Origin: Candidatus Poribacteria bacterium
Lineage (GTDB): Bacteria; Poribacteria; WGA-4E; PCPOR2b
DNA: 64,000 bases
Assembly (NCBI GenBank): GCA_965218095.1
Contig: OZ244587.1
Location: forward strand, 5,536,001 to 5,600,000
Direction: 5' to 3'
A program made the position numbers and the translations under genes. The notes under the pieces were generated by a model, which saw nothing but the letters and a program-made list of their open reading frames with translations, did no database searches and was not told where the DNA came from. Positions 31,503 through 42,486 of the stretch are shown piece by piece (the stretch's first letter is position 1; each line of letters starts with the position of its first letter).

Positions 31503-32744
31503 TTGAAAAGATTTATCACTTTTCACTTATGGGTTGCAATCCTGATCTCGATTCTCAGCGCCGATCTCGCGGAGCCACAGAAGAATTCTCTGAGTGTCGT
31601 CGGCGCGTTGAGCGGCGAGACCGACAAGGGATTCGCTCGCGCCTTTGAGCCAATGACACTTCAGTTTCCACACGATCACGGCCCACATCCAGGCTATAAA
31701 ACCGAGTGGTGGTATTATACCGGCAACCTGCGGACTGATAGTGGTCAAGATTTCGATACGCCCCGCTACGCGAGGGCAGAGCCTGCCCCGATTCATCGAA
31801 TCTCTTCTGCTACTCAATCCAAGGATTTTGGCTATCAACTTACCTTTTTCCGCTTCGCCCTAACACCTCAAATGCCAGAGCGGATTTCAAATCTTGCCAC
31901 GAACCAGATTTACATGGCCCACTTTGCCCTGACAGATGCAGCACACAGTCAGTATTTCTGCTTTGAACGCTTTAGCCGGGGAGCTGGCGAACTGGCAGGA
32001 GCGACAGGAGAGCCAACGTATGAAGTCTGGCTGGAGAATTGGTCAGCTAAAGAAGTAGAGCCGGGCGTAGTACGCTTGCAGGCAGTGGACGATCAAATGG
32101 AACCACAAACAGCAATTGATCTGACGCTGCGAGAGACACACCTACCGATACTGCATGGCAACCGTGGTTTAAGCCAGAAAGGTCCAGAGCCGGGCAACGC
32201 CAATTACTACTATAGTCTCGTACAGTTGGAGACAATTGGCGACATCACGAGCAATGGCAAAACGATGACAGTTAGCGGGCTCAGTTGGATGGACCATGAG
32301 TTTGGCACCAGCGCCCTCGCGGAAAGGGTGGTGGGTTGGGACTGGTTCAGCTTACAGTTGGAGAACGGTGCTGCGCTGATGCTGTACTGCCTTCGCCAAT
32401 CCGATCAGTCATACGCTCCGCACACTTTTGAAGGCACTCTGGTATACCCTGATGGGCGGCAGTTGCGTATCGGGATGGCGGATTTCACGCTGACCCCCAG
32501 GGGCAAGTGGACCAGTCCGAAAAGTGGCGCCGCCTATCCCTCCGGCTGGCACGTCGTCTTTCCCGAATTAAACATTGATTTGCAGATCGAACCCCTCATC
32601 CCGAATCAGGAGTTTCACATTAGCTTTACGTATTGGGAAGGCGCTGTACGGGTCAGTGGACAGATGGACAGCGTAACAGTCAGCGGTCGAGGATATGCTG
32701 AGTTAACTGGCTACAGTGATTCATCAGGTCAGTATCTGAGGTGA
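31503..32744 (+). CDS. Secreted AttH/CrtC lipocalin-like protein with an in-frame REP insertion
   Basis: [39 protein letters not shown]. Confidence 0.88.
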   Translation: MKRFITFHLWVAILISILSADLAEPQKNSLSVVGALSGETDKGFARAFEPMTLQFPHDHGPHPGYKTEWWYYTGNLRTDSGQDFDTPRYARAEPAPIHRISSATQSKDFGYQLTFFRFALTPQMPERISNLATNQIYMAHFALTDAAHSQYFCFERFSRGAGELAGATGEPTYEVWLENWSAKEVEPGVVRLQAVDDQMEPQTAIDLTLRETHLPILHGNRGLSQKGPEPGNANYYYSLVQLETIGDITSNGKTMTVSGLSWMDHEFGTSALAERVVGWDWFSLQLENGAALMLYCLRQSDQSYAPHTFEGTLVYPDGRQLRIGMADFTLTPRGKWTSPKSGAAYPSGWHVVFPELNIDLQIEPLIPNQEFHISFTYWEGAVRVSGQMDSVTVSGRGYAELTGYSDSSGQYLR

Positions 32745-32794
32745 ATTCTACGCACGAAGTTTAACGAAAAAACTCGTGTGAGGAGGAAGAAAAG

Positions 32795-35557
32795 ATGCAT
32801 AAACCGAATCAATGTTGGATGATTGTGTATTCTATTTTCATCTCATTCATTATCCTTTACAATGCGCATACCTGGGCGCAGCAGTCCACGCCAGCTAAAA
32901 CTGATGAAGAAATGATAGAAGATTTTGCAAAACGCGCGACAGCCGGGCTCAAAGGAAAGGTAATTTGGGAAGGGCAAGACCTATCGCGGACAACTGTACA
33001 AATTTATAAGGATAAGAATCTGAAAAACCTTTACACGGGCGTCACACAGTTAAAAGGGGGTGAATTTGAAATTCGCGTTGAGTCGGGGAGTTACTACCTT
33101 GTCGCCTTTGTGGATTTGAATCGCTCCGACAAATTTGATAGCGGTGACGGTATGGGCATCTTTGGTATCACGGATTGGAATGATCCAAACCAACAAAAAC
33201 AGCTCGTTAAGGTTGCGGAGCGGCAGACGATTAGGAGGCTTGAGATTATCATCACCGCAAGAATGCAGAAGGTTGATGGAAGGGATCAAATTGTTTCAGT
33301 ACATAACTACCAAGAAAATCCACTTGAACGGTTCAAGACAGAACTGGCAAGGATTTCCTCCGGCATTAAGGGGCAATTGACCGATGAACGACATGAATCG
33401 TTCACGCGCGCACTTGTCTTTGCCTACACAGATCTTTCTTGGAAATACCGGGCGGGAAAGGCGCAGGTTGAGGCAGATGGCAGCTTTACGCTCAACCTGT
33501 TACCAGGGAAGTATTATTTGATGGCAATCATTGATGAAAACAACACAAATCTTTTTGATCCTGGGGATGAACTCGGTATCTACGGCATCGCAGATCTGCG
33601 CGATCGTCAGGCATTTCCCCAGCCTGTGCTGGTTAAGCGTAACCAATTTACCCAGGACATCCCGATCACCATCGTGGGAACACAACTCAAAAATGGGAGA
33701 ATCATTGCGTTGGATGAACGCACGGTAGAGATTGAAACTGCTGGCACCAGAACAGCAGAGATTTCTGGCCAAGTGAGATGGAAAGGGCATTCGCTGAAAG
33801 GAAGCGTTATCCAGATTTACCGGGACGCGACTTTGCTAAAAGAGATTGATCAGGTTGCGGTGGACGAAAATGGGAAATTTAATCTTCAACTCTCGCCGGG
33901 GGATTACTATTTGATAGCAAACGTTGATGCGGACAGCGATGGTAGATACAGCCCGGGCGATGGGCTTGGCGGGTATGGAACCGCGGACATCACCACCACG
34001 CCTCCATCGGCATTGACCTTAGTAGCAGGTACCAACCCCAAAATCCAAATTTTTGTGAGCGCCCGGTACAACGCGGATGGGCAGCTTGAAGCGGTTGCGG
34101 AAGGTGTGATCGACCTTCACCAGGATAGCGGTAGCGGCATTGCCGGGCAGATTCAGTACGCTGGAAAAGAATTTAAGGAGGGGATGATCTCAATTTCGGA
34201 AACGCCTGACTTTCAGTCACCGGTTGCGATCTCCTTAAATCTGGAGGTGGATGGACGCTATGAGGTGTCCATCCCGCCAGGAGATTACTACGTCATGGCG
34301 GTTGTCGATCTCGATGGCGATCGGAAGGCTGGCTTGCGAGATGGGGTTGGGTTTTATGGCACACGGCGCCCTGTGCGAGGCAAGCCACAACAGGTCTCTG
34401 TGTTTGCGGAGCATATTACGCTGCACATCGATATTGAAATCTTCGCGATATACATTGATGTGGAGGGTAACATTGCTGAAATCGAGGATGGAGGCCGTTC
34501 AGAAATCAAACTGCGGTATGGAGAGCCAGAAGACGTTTTTACGTTTACCCGCTTTGGACGCCAGATCGAGGAGTGGTGGTACTGGACACAAGGGGTTAGC
34601 TTCAAATTTGAAGCCAATGGCGCTGGGTGGAAATTGCAAAACCGCAAAGATTTTGAACCGAAGGCGGTTGACTCCGAGCAGTTAAAACAGCTTGAGCAGG
34701 AGTTTGAACAATCTGATAATCAAACAGCCGGTGAAGCCCGAGACACACAACCCGAATCGGAAGCGACGCCGCTAAATGTCCTGATCTACTACAGCTATGA
34801 TGACGTCATCTGGGGGTATGCCCCAACAGGGATACAACAGCCGTTGGGAGCGGGAACACAACCAACCGCGTCGCTGGATGGTAGACTCACCTATCTAGAC
34901 CTCGAAGGAAATGTCGTCGTCCACAATTCAGATGACCCAGAGGGAAGGCTGCTGCTTGATAGGCGTGAATTGACATCGGATGTGATGATCTCTCCTGACG
35001 GTGCATACCTTGCGTTTGCTAGGCGGAGTATGGATCGACGGCGCATCTATATTCGACATATTTCGAGTCAAGAAGAATTCCTCGTGCCTTCGACAGCTCA
35101 AGAAATGTTTACACCTGCATGGAATCCGAGCGGAGAATTGCTGGCATACGGCACAAGGGGAAGCGTCGAAAATCCAGAGGACCGTGAAGATTGGAATATC
35201 TACGGATATGATCAGGTGAGTGGACGAGTTGAACCTATCTGCATCGGTCCAGAAGATGATGCGGAGCCAGCATGGTCTCCGACAGATCCGAATCTGCTGG
35301 CTTTTTCACGCGCAGAAGGACGGCATCGCCAGATCTGGATTGTCAGGTTCAGCCCGGAGGGAGAACCGAGCGAGGGACAATTGACCCGCTACGGCGGCGA
35401 AAAACCGGTGTGGCTGCCTGATGGCTCAACAATTCTCTATGAAAACAACGGTCAGCTTTGGCTCATTTCAACAGACGGGTCAGAAAACCGGCCGGTGATG
35501 GTCAAGGACAGGGTGCTTTTTGGATACGAGCCATATGTGATCCCTTTGATTCCGTGA
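32795..35557 (+). CDS. Large secreted protein: four Ig-like Ca-loop domains plus TolB/PD40 propeller
   Basis: Signal peptide; four YYL..DxDxDG-like..GD repeats; PAWSP and PVWLPDG repeats. Confidence 0.8.
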   Translation: MHKPNQCWMIVYSIFISFIILYNAHTWAQQSTPAKTDEEMIEDFAKRATAGLKGKVIWEGQDLSRTTVQIYKDKNLKNLYTGVTQLKGGEFEIRVESGSYYLVAFVDLNRSDKFDSGDGMGIFGITDWNDPNQQKQLVKVAERQTIRRLEIIITARMQKVDGRDQIVSVHNYQENPLERFKTELARISSGIKGQLTDERHESFTRALVFAYTDLSWKYRAGKAQVEADGSFTLNLLPGKYYLMAIIDENNTNLFDPGDELGIYGIADLRDRQAFPQPVLVKRNQFTQDIPITIVGTQLKNGRIIALDERTVEIETAGTRTAEISGQVRWKGHSLKGSVIQIYRDATLLKEIDQVAVDENGKFNLQLSPGDYYLIANVDADSDGRYSPGDGLGGYGTADITTTPPSALTLVAGTNPKIQIFVSARYNADGQLEAVAEGVIDLHQDSGSGIAGQIQYAGKEFKEGMISISETPDFQSPVAISLNLEVDGRYEVSIPPGDYYVMAVVDLDGDRKAGLRDGVGFYGTRRPVRGKPQQVSVFAEHITLHIDIEIFAIYIDVEGNIAEIEDGGRSEIKLRYGEPEDVFTFTRFGRQIEEWWYWTQGVSFKFEANGAGWKLQNRKDFEPKAVDSEQLKQLEQEFEQSDNQTAGEARDTQPESEATPLNVLIYYSYDDVIWGYAPTGIQQPLGAGTQPTASLDGRLTYLDLEGNVVVHNSDDPEGRLLLDRRELTSDVMISPDGAYLAFARRSMDRRRIYIRHISSQEEFLVPSTAQEMFTPAWNPSGELLAYGTRGSVENPEDREDWNIYGYDQVSGRVEPICIGPEDDAEPAWSPTDPNLLAFSRAEGRHRQIWIVRFSPEGEPSEGQLTRYGGEKPVWLPDGSTILYENNGQLWLISTDGSENRPVMVKDRVLFGYEPYVIPLIP

Positions 35558-35786
35558 TGCGTGGAACGAAGAATTCTTTATTGGAAATTTAGCACTTACC
35601 GTTCGCGTTATTCCAAAGGTAAAAGTTGAATTAATCGTCCCGGTCCCTTTGACGCATCTTAAGAACGGCATTTTGGTCTGAAAATGGTGTGTTGACGGAT
35701 TTCAACCTACTATATCTTTGTGGGTTAGCCGTTCTCTACGTAAACACCACAGCTGCAGAATCGCAAGTCCCATGTGATTATTCTCC

Positions 35787-35907
35787 GGCTAACGGACTGT
35801 GTTTCGGCCGGGCCAGCGCAGACCTCAATCACAGTTTGCCCCAAAGGGCATAAAACGACCAGAATAAAAACTGAGTTCAGGACGTCGGCTGCAAACGCTT
35901 GTTGGGT
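35787..35907 (-). other. Integron attC site, isolated
   Basis: Minus strand ACCCAAC-AAGCG-TTTGCAGCCGAC...CGGCCGAAAC...GTTAGCC, followed by GGAG and ATG. Confidence 0.75.
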
Positions 35908-36199
35908 TGTATAGCCTCGTATTGCAAATCATGCTGCGAAAACTGGCTTGACAGGAGCGGAACAGACGTCAATGCGCATTGAAGAGCTGAAACGTCGACT
36001 CTAAGCAGGCTAACTCGTACACGACCATTCGGAAAAGTGGTAGCGAGGGGGCGTGGGAGCGGGAAAGAATGACCCTCACATACTCACCCCCTCTGTGGTT
36101 TGACAAGCCCCCGATGAAGTATCGGGAGCAATATGTGCCGAAAAGTCACTAACTGTCTGCTGCCAAACCACTTTTTTCAGTCAACCAGGGAGGTTGTTT

Positions 36200-37345
36200 G
36201 TGAAAATAAAGCACATTGAAGCCATCCCCTTAGTTCGTGAATTAGAAGACATTTTCCAGGGTGGCACCTATAAAATTACCAGCCGCAACACGATCGTCAC
36301 CCGCGTTGAATTGGATAACGGCATCGTCGGCGAAACCTTTGGTGGTGACGAAGACCAGTACAATTTCGATGTCTGCCGCGTGGTTAATGAGATCTACCGT
36401 CCGCTGCTGATCGGTGGAGATGTACGTGACGTTGAAGCACACTGGCAGCGGATGTGGAACATCAGGGTGGACTTGAACAATCGGGGCATTCATAGCCTCG
36501 ATTTAGCCAAGCATTGTGTCCTTACCCAGGCCATTGCGGCGGTAGATATCGCGCTCTGGGATGCCCTCGGCAAATTGCTTCAACAGCCGGTGTATAAATT
36601 GCTAGGTGGGTATTGGGATCAGGTGCGGGTAATCGCCATCGGCGGTTATGTCATGCAAGGGGGAAGCATCACCGATCTGAAAAGCGAAATTGAATATTAC
36701 AAAGCGCAGCAGGTCCTCGGCATGAAATTAAAAGTCGGCAGCCTGTCAGTCGAAGAAGACATTGAACGTGCACGCCTCGCCCGCAAAATCGGCGGACCAG
36801 ATTTTCATCTCTGCACCGATTCCAACCAGGCATGGACAGTAGATGAGGCGATGGAATTTGCCCGCAGCGTCCAGGAGCTCAACCTGGCCTGGCTGGAAGA
36901 GCCTGTGTCTTGGTACGAGCAGATTGATGGCAACGCCCGCCTTCGCACGCTCGGTATCCCCATCAACGCGGGCCAGGGCGAAATCTCCCGCCACGGCTGT
37001 AAGGATCTGGTGGTCCGGGGTGCGGTTGATATCCTTAATGTTGATGCGACCATTGCGGGTGGGATTACGGAATGGCGCCGTGCGGCAGGAATGGCAAGTT
37101 GTTTCGGCGTATTGATGGCCCATCATGAGGAGCCGCAGGTCGCCCTGCACCTGCTGGCCGGTGTGGCAAACGGGCTGTGTGTCGAAATTTTCCCCAACTA
37201 TAACCGTGACCCGATGTGGTTTGATCTGCCGGTTCAACAGCCGGAGATCAAGGATGGATACATGCTGCTGCCTGAAAAGCCCGGGCTGGGCATCGATCTG
37301 AATCCGGCGGTCATTGAAAAATGGCGAGCCGATAACTTGACTTAG
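36200..37345 (+). CDS. Mandelate racemase/muconate lactonizing enzyme family protein
   Basis: DIALWD, KLK, DSN, WLEEP, PGLG. Confidence 0.92.
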   Translation: MKIKHIEAIPLVRELEDIFQGGTYKITSRNTIVTRVELDNGIVGETFGGDEDQYNFDVCRVVNEIYRPLLIGGDVRDVEAHWQRMWNIRVDLNNRGIHSLDLAKHCVLTQAIAAVDIALWDALGKLLQQPVYKLLGGYWDQVRVIAIGGYVMQGGSITDLKSEIEYYKAQQVLGMKLKVGSLSVEEDIERARLARKIGGPDFHLCTDSNQAWTVDEAMEFARSVQELNLAWLEEPVSWYEQIDGNARLRTLGIPINAGQGEISRHGCKDLVVRGAVDILNVDATIAGGITEWRRAAGMASCFGVLMAHHEEPQVALHLLAGVANGLCVEIFPNYNRDPMWFDLPVQQPEIKDGYMLLPEKPGLGIDLNPAVIEKWRADNLT

Positions 37346-37381
37346 ATTAAAAGAGCTCATCGGCGGATCCACTGCTGGCCT

Positions 37382-37459
37382 GCCCCCCCCGGCTCCCCAA
37401 TGCCGGGGGAGAATTGCACAAACTCCCCCGATCCATCGGGGAATTGGGGGACGGGGGGC
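37382..37459. repeat. GC-rich REP-like palindrome
   Basis: GCCCCCC...GGGGGGC containing CCCCGATCCATCGGGG. Confidence 0.55.
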
Positions 37460-37581
37460 GAATGTAACAAAGTCAAGATAAGTAATAACCCGAATTACGA
37501 CCTTTCACGCAATTGGCCCGTTTTCATTGACGGATGCCTCAGAATCCAATGCGGTGGGAAGGAAGAATCGAGGAGAAAATC

Positions 37582-38592
37582 ATGAAAACCAAAATTCTAG
37601 GCCGAACCGGACTGGAGGTGTCCATTGTGGGACTGGGGGCCGCATTCATTGGTATTCCCACGCCCAATCAAGCTGCGGTTGAATACCCGGAAGATTACCG
37701 TAGCGTTCGCCCGGGCGAATCCCGCACCAGTTGCACCAGTTATATGGACGAAGACCTTGGCGTACAAACTGTCCATGCCGCCATAGAGGCTGGGTGTACC
37801 CTCATTGACACTGCGCCCCTTTATGGGGGAACCCAGAGCGAAAAAATAATCGGTCGTGCCCTGAAGGAGCGCCCCGATCTGGCCGCTAAGTGCATTGTCA
37901 CCACCAAGGTAGGGCAACTCACGATGGACAGCCGGGATTATCGCTTTGACGCAATCCTGCGCGATGTAGAAGCTAGCCAGGAACGTCTGGGCGTCGAACA
38001 GTTTGAAGTCCTCTACATCCACGACGCCATGGATGTCCCGATGAAGCAGGTGATGGGCAAGGACGGCGCCCTGGGGGCATTACGCAAACTCCAGAACGAG
38101 GGAGTCGTTCGGTTCGTTGGCGCCGCCGCCAACGAACCCAAAACCAATGCGCCCTACATTGAAACCGGGGAATTCGATGCTGCCGTCGTTCCTGAAGCCT
38201 GGAGTCTTCTAAACCAGCTTGCAGCAGAACGCATCCTACCTGCCGCGGAAAGGTACAACGTGGGGCTTGTCGTCGCCACGCCGTTGGAGCGAGGGCTGCT
38301 AGCGACTGGCCCAGTAGCAGGAATCAACTATCTCGCACGAAATTTCAGCCAGGTCTGCCTGGACCACGTCACCAAAATCCAGTCCCCCTGCCGCGACCAC
38401 AACATCCCGATGGCAGCGGCTGCCCTTCAGTGGTGCACCCGCCACCCGCAGATCGCCACCACGATTCCGGGTGCCCGCCTTCCCGACGAAGCCATCGAAA
38501 ACGCCCGTGCGGCTAGCGTCGAAATTCCGGAAGCCTTCTGGGAAGATTTAACGCCCCTGATCCGACATTTTGAAGCAGGGATAGACCGTTAG
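37582..38592 (+). CDS. Aldo/keto reductase
   Basis: LGRTGL, DTAPLYG, TTKVG, YIHD, IPGA. Confidence 0.9.
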   Translation: MKTKILGRTGLEVSIVGLGAAFIGIPTPNQAAVEYPEDYRSVRPGESRTSCTSYMDEDLGVQTVHAAIEAGCTLIDTAPLYGGTQSEKIIGRALKERPDLAAKCIVTTKVGQLTMDSRDYRFDAILRDVEASQERLGVEQFEVLYIHDAMDVPMKQVMGKDGALGALRKLQNEGVVRFVGAAANEPKTNAPYIETGEFDAAVVPEAWSLLNQLAAERILPAAERYNVGLVVATPLERGLLATGPVAGINYLARNFSQVCLDHVTKIQSPCRDHNIPMAAAALQWCTRHPQIATTIPGARLPDEAIENARAASVEIPEAFWEDLTPLIRHFEAGIDR

Positions 38593-38614
38593 GACCGACT
38601 GTCACATCAAATCA

Positions 38615-39445
38615 TCATGGTTTGATAGCTGACGCAAGGATCGCAGGCATTGGAATTGAGACCCTACCACCTTTTTCATAAACTCTGGCGGCGCGACTAA
38701 CAACCGTGCGAACGGCGCGCAATGCTTCACTGGATTGGGCGCGGAGAAGACCTCCGGTACGCGCTGTCGCTTCGTAGAAAGCCGCGAAGAGTTCATCAGG
38801 GGAATCGAGCTGCCAGAGCTGTGCAATCTCCACAATTTGGAGATTCGCAAAGCCAACCTCGAGCAGCGTTCGTTGACTCTCAGCGGGCTCGCTAAAGCGG
38901 AAGAAAGGCGGACCTGGGGGCAAGGGCACGTTGGGGTTGCCGTGTGTCTCAATTGCCTCTAATATAATTTGAAATCCGATAGCCGCTTTGGGGAGCGTCC
39001 ACACTGTAAAGCCGATCTTTCCACCGCAGCGGAGAACGCGACGCGCTTCTGCCAAAGCTTGTTCGGGGCACCCGAAATGTAGTAATCCGAAATTGATGAC
39101 AACCGCATCAAAGCAACCGTTGGAGAAGGGTAATGCCTCTGCATCGCCTGTGCAGAACGCAATGTCTGGGTATTGTTTCCGCGCTTCAGCGAGCATGGCT
39201 TCTGAGAAATCAACGCCGACGACGTGAGCCCCTCGTTGTGCGGCAGCCTGTGCGATGTTGCCCTGTCCGGTTGCGACATCAAGCAAGTGCATACCCCCAT
39301 GTATCTGGACAGTGGATAGAAGTGGCTCCACGGCTTGAATGGTGAGGCGGGTCCAAAAGTTATGGTAAAGTCTGGCGCTTCTTTCCCAGGCGGCATGTTC
39401 AAACGCCCAGAATGGATTGGGTTGAACAGACAGGTTGTTTGCCAT
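38615..39445 (-). CDS. Class I SAM-dependent methyltransferase
   Basis: LDVATGQG, GVDFS, GDAEALPF. Confidence 0.9.
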   Translation of the reverse strand: MANNLSVQPNPFWAFEHAAWERSARLYHNFWTRLTIQAVEPLLSTVQIHGGMHLLDVATGQGNIAQAAAQRGAHVVGVDFSEAMLAEARKQYPDIAFCTGDAEALPFSNGCFDAVVINFGLLHFGCPEQALAEARRVLRCGGKIGFTVWTLPKAAIGFQIILEAIETHGNPNVPLPPGPPFFRFSEPAESQRTLLEVGFANLQIVEIAQLWQLDSPDELFAAFYEATARTGGLLRAQSSEALRAVRTVVSRAARVYEKGGRVSIPMPAILASAIKP

Positions 39446-39477
39446 GCGATCCTCTTCAAGGTTAAGCCACTATGCAC

Positions 39478-39981
39478 TCAGATGCCGGCATCTAAGAACA
39501 TCTGCTTGACAAGTTCTACAGATGTGAGGAGACACGCTTTTCCGATCTCGGTGGTCACGTCGCGCAGATCTTCCCCGCCAACCCCTTCAGGTCAGACCGA
39601 TCTGCCCGCTGCAAGCTGCGAGACATCCACAAGCTCAGGTCGGGGCGCCATCGCGCAAGAGGTCTCATTTCGCGCTGCGTGATCGATCTGGCTCTTCCAG
39701 GGATCACAAAAGTCATTGGTGACACCGAACAGTTATGTCCCATCTGGCTCAAGCCGCAAACGGTCAGGTCTCAGGTGAATGGGAGGCATGACAATCCCGC
39801 CGAGTTGACGAGCGCAAATAACCATCAGACCTTCGCTGATAATCGCATCGGATCCGAATGGCAGATGTTCGCCGTGCTATTCTAGTGTTCCCAACGGCAG
39901 ATGGGCAATGGGTCGTTCGGCTAGCCGTTCCCGAAACTTGTGAGGCAGTAATTCGGCGTAACGCACTTTTTCTTTATCCAT
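39478..39981 (-). pseudogene. Creatininase family pseudogene (not in the ORF track)
   Basis: MDKEKVRYAELLP...LPLGTLE*HGEHLPFGSD and later HAARNETS; stops, frameshifts and an internal deletion. Confidence 0.75.
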
Positions 39982-40085
39982 GCGGATTTTTCCTTCCTTG
40001 AAAATTTACGACGGATTCAGGATTTCACGTAGATTCTGCAAGTAAATATCAAGTGATGACCGAGCGGTTGATTCGCACATGTGCG

Positions 40086-41483
40086 TCACTTTTTCTGCGG
40101 GATGAGATCTAAGCATACCAATCGATCCTTTCCACGGACATACAACAGACCGTTTGAGAGAACCGGCGCCGCCCAGGCTGGGTATTTGATCAGTTTCTCT
40201 CCGCGCTGGTCAGTAATCTGGACGCGAGACATAACGTCCAGTTTTTCAGGCGTGACACGGATGGACATCAACGTGCCGAATTCGCCGAGACTCACGAAGT
40301 ATCCATCCACGTAAAGCAGCGACGACCGTTCATCAATCCGCTCTGACCAGATGACTTTGCCCGTTTGTAGTCTGACACAACGCAGTTCGCATCCGTTGGA
40401 ATGCCGTCCGCTGCAACCGTAGAGATATCCGTTGTCGTGGATGGCTGTGTTCCAGTGCAACTGCATCACTTTGTTCCGACGACCTCGAAGATCCTTCCAT
40501 ACTACCTCGTATCCGCCCGGACGGACTTTCAGCAAAGCACTACCCGGGCCATAAGTCTCGCTGATAAACACCAGATCGCCGACCACGACCGGATTGGAGG
40601 CGTTGACTGATTCTAGCTTTTTAGCTCGCCAGGGATAGTGGAAGTCCACCGCCCCCGTGCGAGGCTCAAAGCCAACCAACCCACCACGTGCAAAAACAAA
40701 ACACCACCGACGGCCATTGATTGTCGCCGGCGTTGGGCTCGCACAACTAGCCAGTTCATCGGCGATCTGGTAGACCACTTCGCCGGTCCATTTGTTAAAG
40801 GCGACGATACCACTGCCGTTTCCCCTGATCCGACCTCCGGAAGCGAGCAGATTCCTGGGGCCGCCCGGTGGTGAGCCGCCAATTTGCACAATCAGCAGTT
40901 CCTCCTCAACCACAGGTGTAGATGCAACACCGAAGAAGTTTTGAACGACGTGAAATTGGGCGGTGGTGTCCACTTTCCACAACTGTTTCCCATCTGACAC
41001 GTTGATACAGTGCAGCATCCCTTCGGCGCCGAAAATGTACACACGGTTTCCATCAACGACCGGGCAGGTTCGCGGGCCATTGTTATAACCGTACATATCT
41101 TCGTAATCGGTCGGATACTCAAATCGCCAAAGTTCATCGCCGGTTTCGCTTTTCATGCAGGTCAAGCGAGCTTTGTCGCCGTGGCGATCAAACAGGAATA
41201 ACCGGCCCCGAGAGATGGTTGGTGCACCGTAGCTGGCGGCGATCTTCTTATGCCAGACGATGGATGGACCTTCTTTGGGCCACGGAATAGGGATGGATTT
41301 CTCAGAGGACTTACTATCTCCGGTTGGACCGAGGAAGCGTGGCCAGTCGCTGCCGGTTTTTCGCGTGCGGAGATCTGGGGCCTGAGCTTCTGCTGTCGAA
41401 CCTTGAACTTCATTCCAACTGACTGCGCCGAGCATAAAAACAAATGCCAGCCGAATGAAAACCATCAATTTCGCCTCCATCAA
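40086..41483 (-). CDS. PQQ-like beta-propeller protein, secreted
   Basis: DWPRFLGP, repeated TG..LW motifs, LYVR. Confidence 0.88.
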   Translation of the reverse strand: MMEAKLMVFIRLAFVFMLGAVSWNEVQGSTAEAQAPDLRTRKTGSDWPRFLGPTGDSKSSEKSIPIPWPKEGPSIVWHKKIAASYGAPTISRGRLFLFDRHGDKARLTCMKSETGDELWRFEYPTDYEDMYGYNNGPRTCPVVDGNRVYIFGAEGMLHCINVSDGKQLWKVDTTAQFHVVQNFFGVASTPVVEEELLIVQIGGSPPGGPRNLLASGGRIRGNGSGIVAFNKWTGEVVYQIADELASCASPTPATINGRRWCFVFARGGLVGFEPRTGAVDFHYPWRAKKLESVNASNPVVVGDLVFISETYGPGSALLKVRPGGYEVVWKDLRGRRNKVMQLHWNTAIHDNGYLYGCSGRHSNGCELRCVRLQTGKVIWSERIDERSSLLYVDGYFVSLGEFGTLMSIRVTPEKLDVMSRVQITDQRGEKLIKYPAWAAPVLSNGLLYVRGKDRLVCLDLIPQKK

Positions 41484-41531
41484 TCATCCCCAAGCGTTAG
41501 CGCTGCATAACAGCGTTTCCATACGCCACAA

Positions 41532-42431
41532 TCAGTCCGATATTTTACGCACAATAATCTCGCCTGAAGTTTTGAGTTTTAAGTACCTCGCAAGGTTGCC
41601 TTGATTGATCGCAACTTCAAAAATCCCACCGCTTCCAAACAGACCAACGTAGTCACCCACGGGAACATCCCCGTAAGCCTTGACATATTCGCAGTGGATT
41701 TTTTGTCTATTGTCAAAATCGACTTCGATCGTTTGTCCCTGTCGTATGTCCAGCGCTGCAAACAGGTCGGAACGTATGTTCGTGATTGCATTTCCGTACT
41801 CGTCAATCACATCGATTTGTCCGACAATCTCGCCATTAGCCACCTTCGCAAATGAGATTGGCAGACGTATATATTCCTTCAAAACCGGCCCCACCTTCTC
41901 AAAAGGAAAACCTTTGGCAAGATACGCAGCAGCAGGCCCGAAAATATCCCGTCCATGAAATGTGCTCGATTGAATCGCCTGACGCATCACTTCTTGGTTT
42001 GTGAGCTCCCGGACCTCCACGACCCCCATCACCTGACCGACCAGTGTCAAAAGCCCATTATCCGGGGCAACGAAATAGTTGCCATTCCTGGTCTTGAGCG
42101 CGATTGGCTTGCGGCTTGTGCCAACTCCCGGGTCTACAACAGCAACGAAAACAGTACCCTGCGGAAACTCTGGAGCCGCTTTAGCGAGGGTATACGCACC
42201 TTCCTGAATATCAAATTTTGAAACCTCGTGCGAGATTTCGTCAATCCTTGCCTGAGGGAAAACCTTATACATCGCACCCTTCATCGCGCCAATGTAAAAA
42301 TCCTTGCCCCCAAAGTCGGTTATCATGATAATCAAACCGTTGGGCTGGTCGCCCATTGTAGACACTGCAAAGCTGGCCACGGTAAAGCATAAAAGCGCCA
42401 CGCAAACACTGTAACAAGGGTATCTCTTCAT
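41532..42431 (-). CDS. DUF62 SAM hydroxide adenosyltransferase (fluorinase/chlorinase family) with a signal-like N-terminus
   Basis: TDFG, VVDPGVG, PDNG, TFHGRD, DEYGN. Confidence 0.9.
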   Translation of the reverse strand: MKRYPCYSVCVALLCFTVASFAVSTMGDQPNGLIIMITDFGGKDFYIGAMKGAMYKVFPQARIDEISHEVSKFDIQEGAYTLAKAAPEFPQGTVFVAVVDPGVGTSRKPIALKTRNGNYFVAPDNGLLTLVGQVMGVVEVRELTNQEVMRQAIQSSTFHGRDIFGPAAAYLAKGFPFEKVGPVLKEYIRLPISFAKVANGEIVGQIDVIDEYGNAITNIRSDLFAALDIRQGQTIEVDFDNRQKIHCEYVKAYGDVPVGDYVGLFGSGGIFEVAINQGNLARYLKLKTSGEIIVRKISD

Positions 42432-42486
42432 TGTATCAAAACTCCTTTCTTACTCCTGAACTGCCCAATTCTAAATTTTCTCTCCT

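Noticed and set aside
35570-35640. Possible P-II fragment (IPKVKVELIV)
   Set aside because: Too short, with no start or context to support it
41532-42431. Bona fide fluorinase or chlorinase
   Set aside because: TFHGRD matches the hydrolase subtype
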